A stretch of 64,000 bases of DNA. Source: Lama glama (lineage: Eukaryota). The DNA lies in assembly GCA_028534125.1 (NCBI GenBank), contig CM052817.1:62808001-62872000 (forward strand). Direction: 5' to 3'. Below are positions 63,627 to 64,000 of the stretch, piece by piece (positions within the stretch are counted from its first letter, which is position 1; the number at the start of each line of letters is the position of its first letter). The notes beneath the pieces are model-generated. The model did no database searches. It worked only from the letters and a program-made list of their open reading frames with translations, and was not told the DNA's origin. The translations under genes and the position numbers were made by a program.

Positions 63627-64000
63627 GGTAATTTAAGCAGTATTAAAATTAACTGCAATATTAAAACAGCAGCATTAACCCCAGGTATAGTACATATTGT
63701 TGTTTTATTATATCTAAAATGTTAAGAAGGAAGTTTTGAAAACCAGAAAGGATCTTGTACATTGATCTATCCTATCCCTATGTTACACAAACCTCTATGT
63801 GCAAGTTCAGTATAAGATGCACTGAGATAAATACACTTGGTTACTGTGGACACCTAATTGGTAAGATAATGAGGAATACAGCCTAGGCATAGTAGAGAGG
63901 TAAAGTGAAGAGTAATGGACCAGATAAAATTTGTCAGGTACCCTGTCAGAGCACCTTTATCTCTTTATCTTAGTTTTTCTTATAATTAGTGTCTTTTAAA

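Noticed and set aside
1..64000. Prokaryotic-type systems (CRISPR arrays, operons, defence islands), tRNA/rRNA genes, CpG-island promoter
   Set aside because: The sequence is mammalian repeat-rich DNA; I saw no regularly spaced repeat-spacer array, long ORFs, cloverleaf or CpG island.

Overview
AT-rich, CpG-poor placental mammal DNA with no CpG island; it reads as intergenic sequence or a deep intron. The young L1 3' ends and the apparent lack of Bov-tA/BovB, PRE-1, Alu and B1 SINEs suggest a non-ruminant, non-suid cetartiodactyl, possibly a camelid (inference). I cannot support any host protein-coding gene: the ORF track is L1 ORF2 remnants, one MaLR-internal remnant and chance ORFs. A large share of the window is interspersed repeat: L1s of several ages, MaLR/ERVL/ERV1 solo LTRs, MIR, L2 and hAT fossils. 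Best-supported points of interest: (1) a 33-nt tailless U2 snRNA retrocopy with a target-site duplication (TSD) inside an MLT2 LTR; (2) a twin-primed, 5'-inverted L1; (3) two independent L1 copies sharing one composite double 3' UTR; (4) an intact MER41-like solo LTR with a perfect 4-bp TSD and a STAT-type motif; (5) two very short young L1 3' ends with clear TSDs. Several splice-site and regulatory candidates in unique sequence are listed as speculative. I found no convincing novel biological system. Subfamily names come from remembered consensus sequences and boundaries are approximate; both need RepeatMasker/Dfam confirmation.
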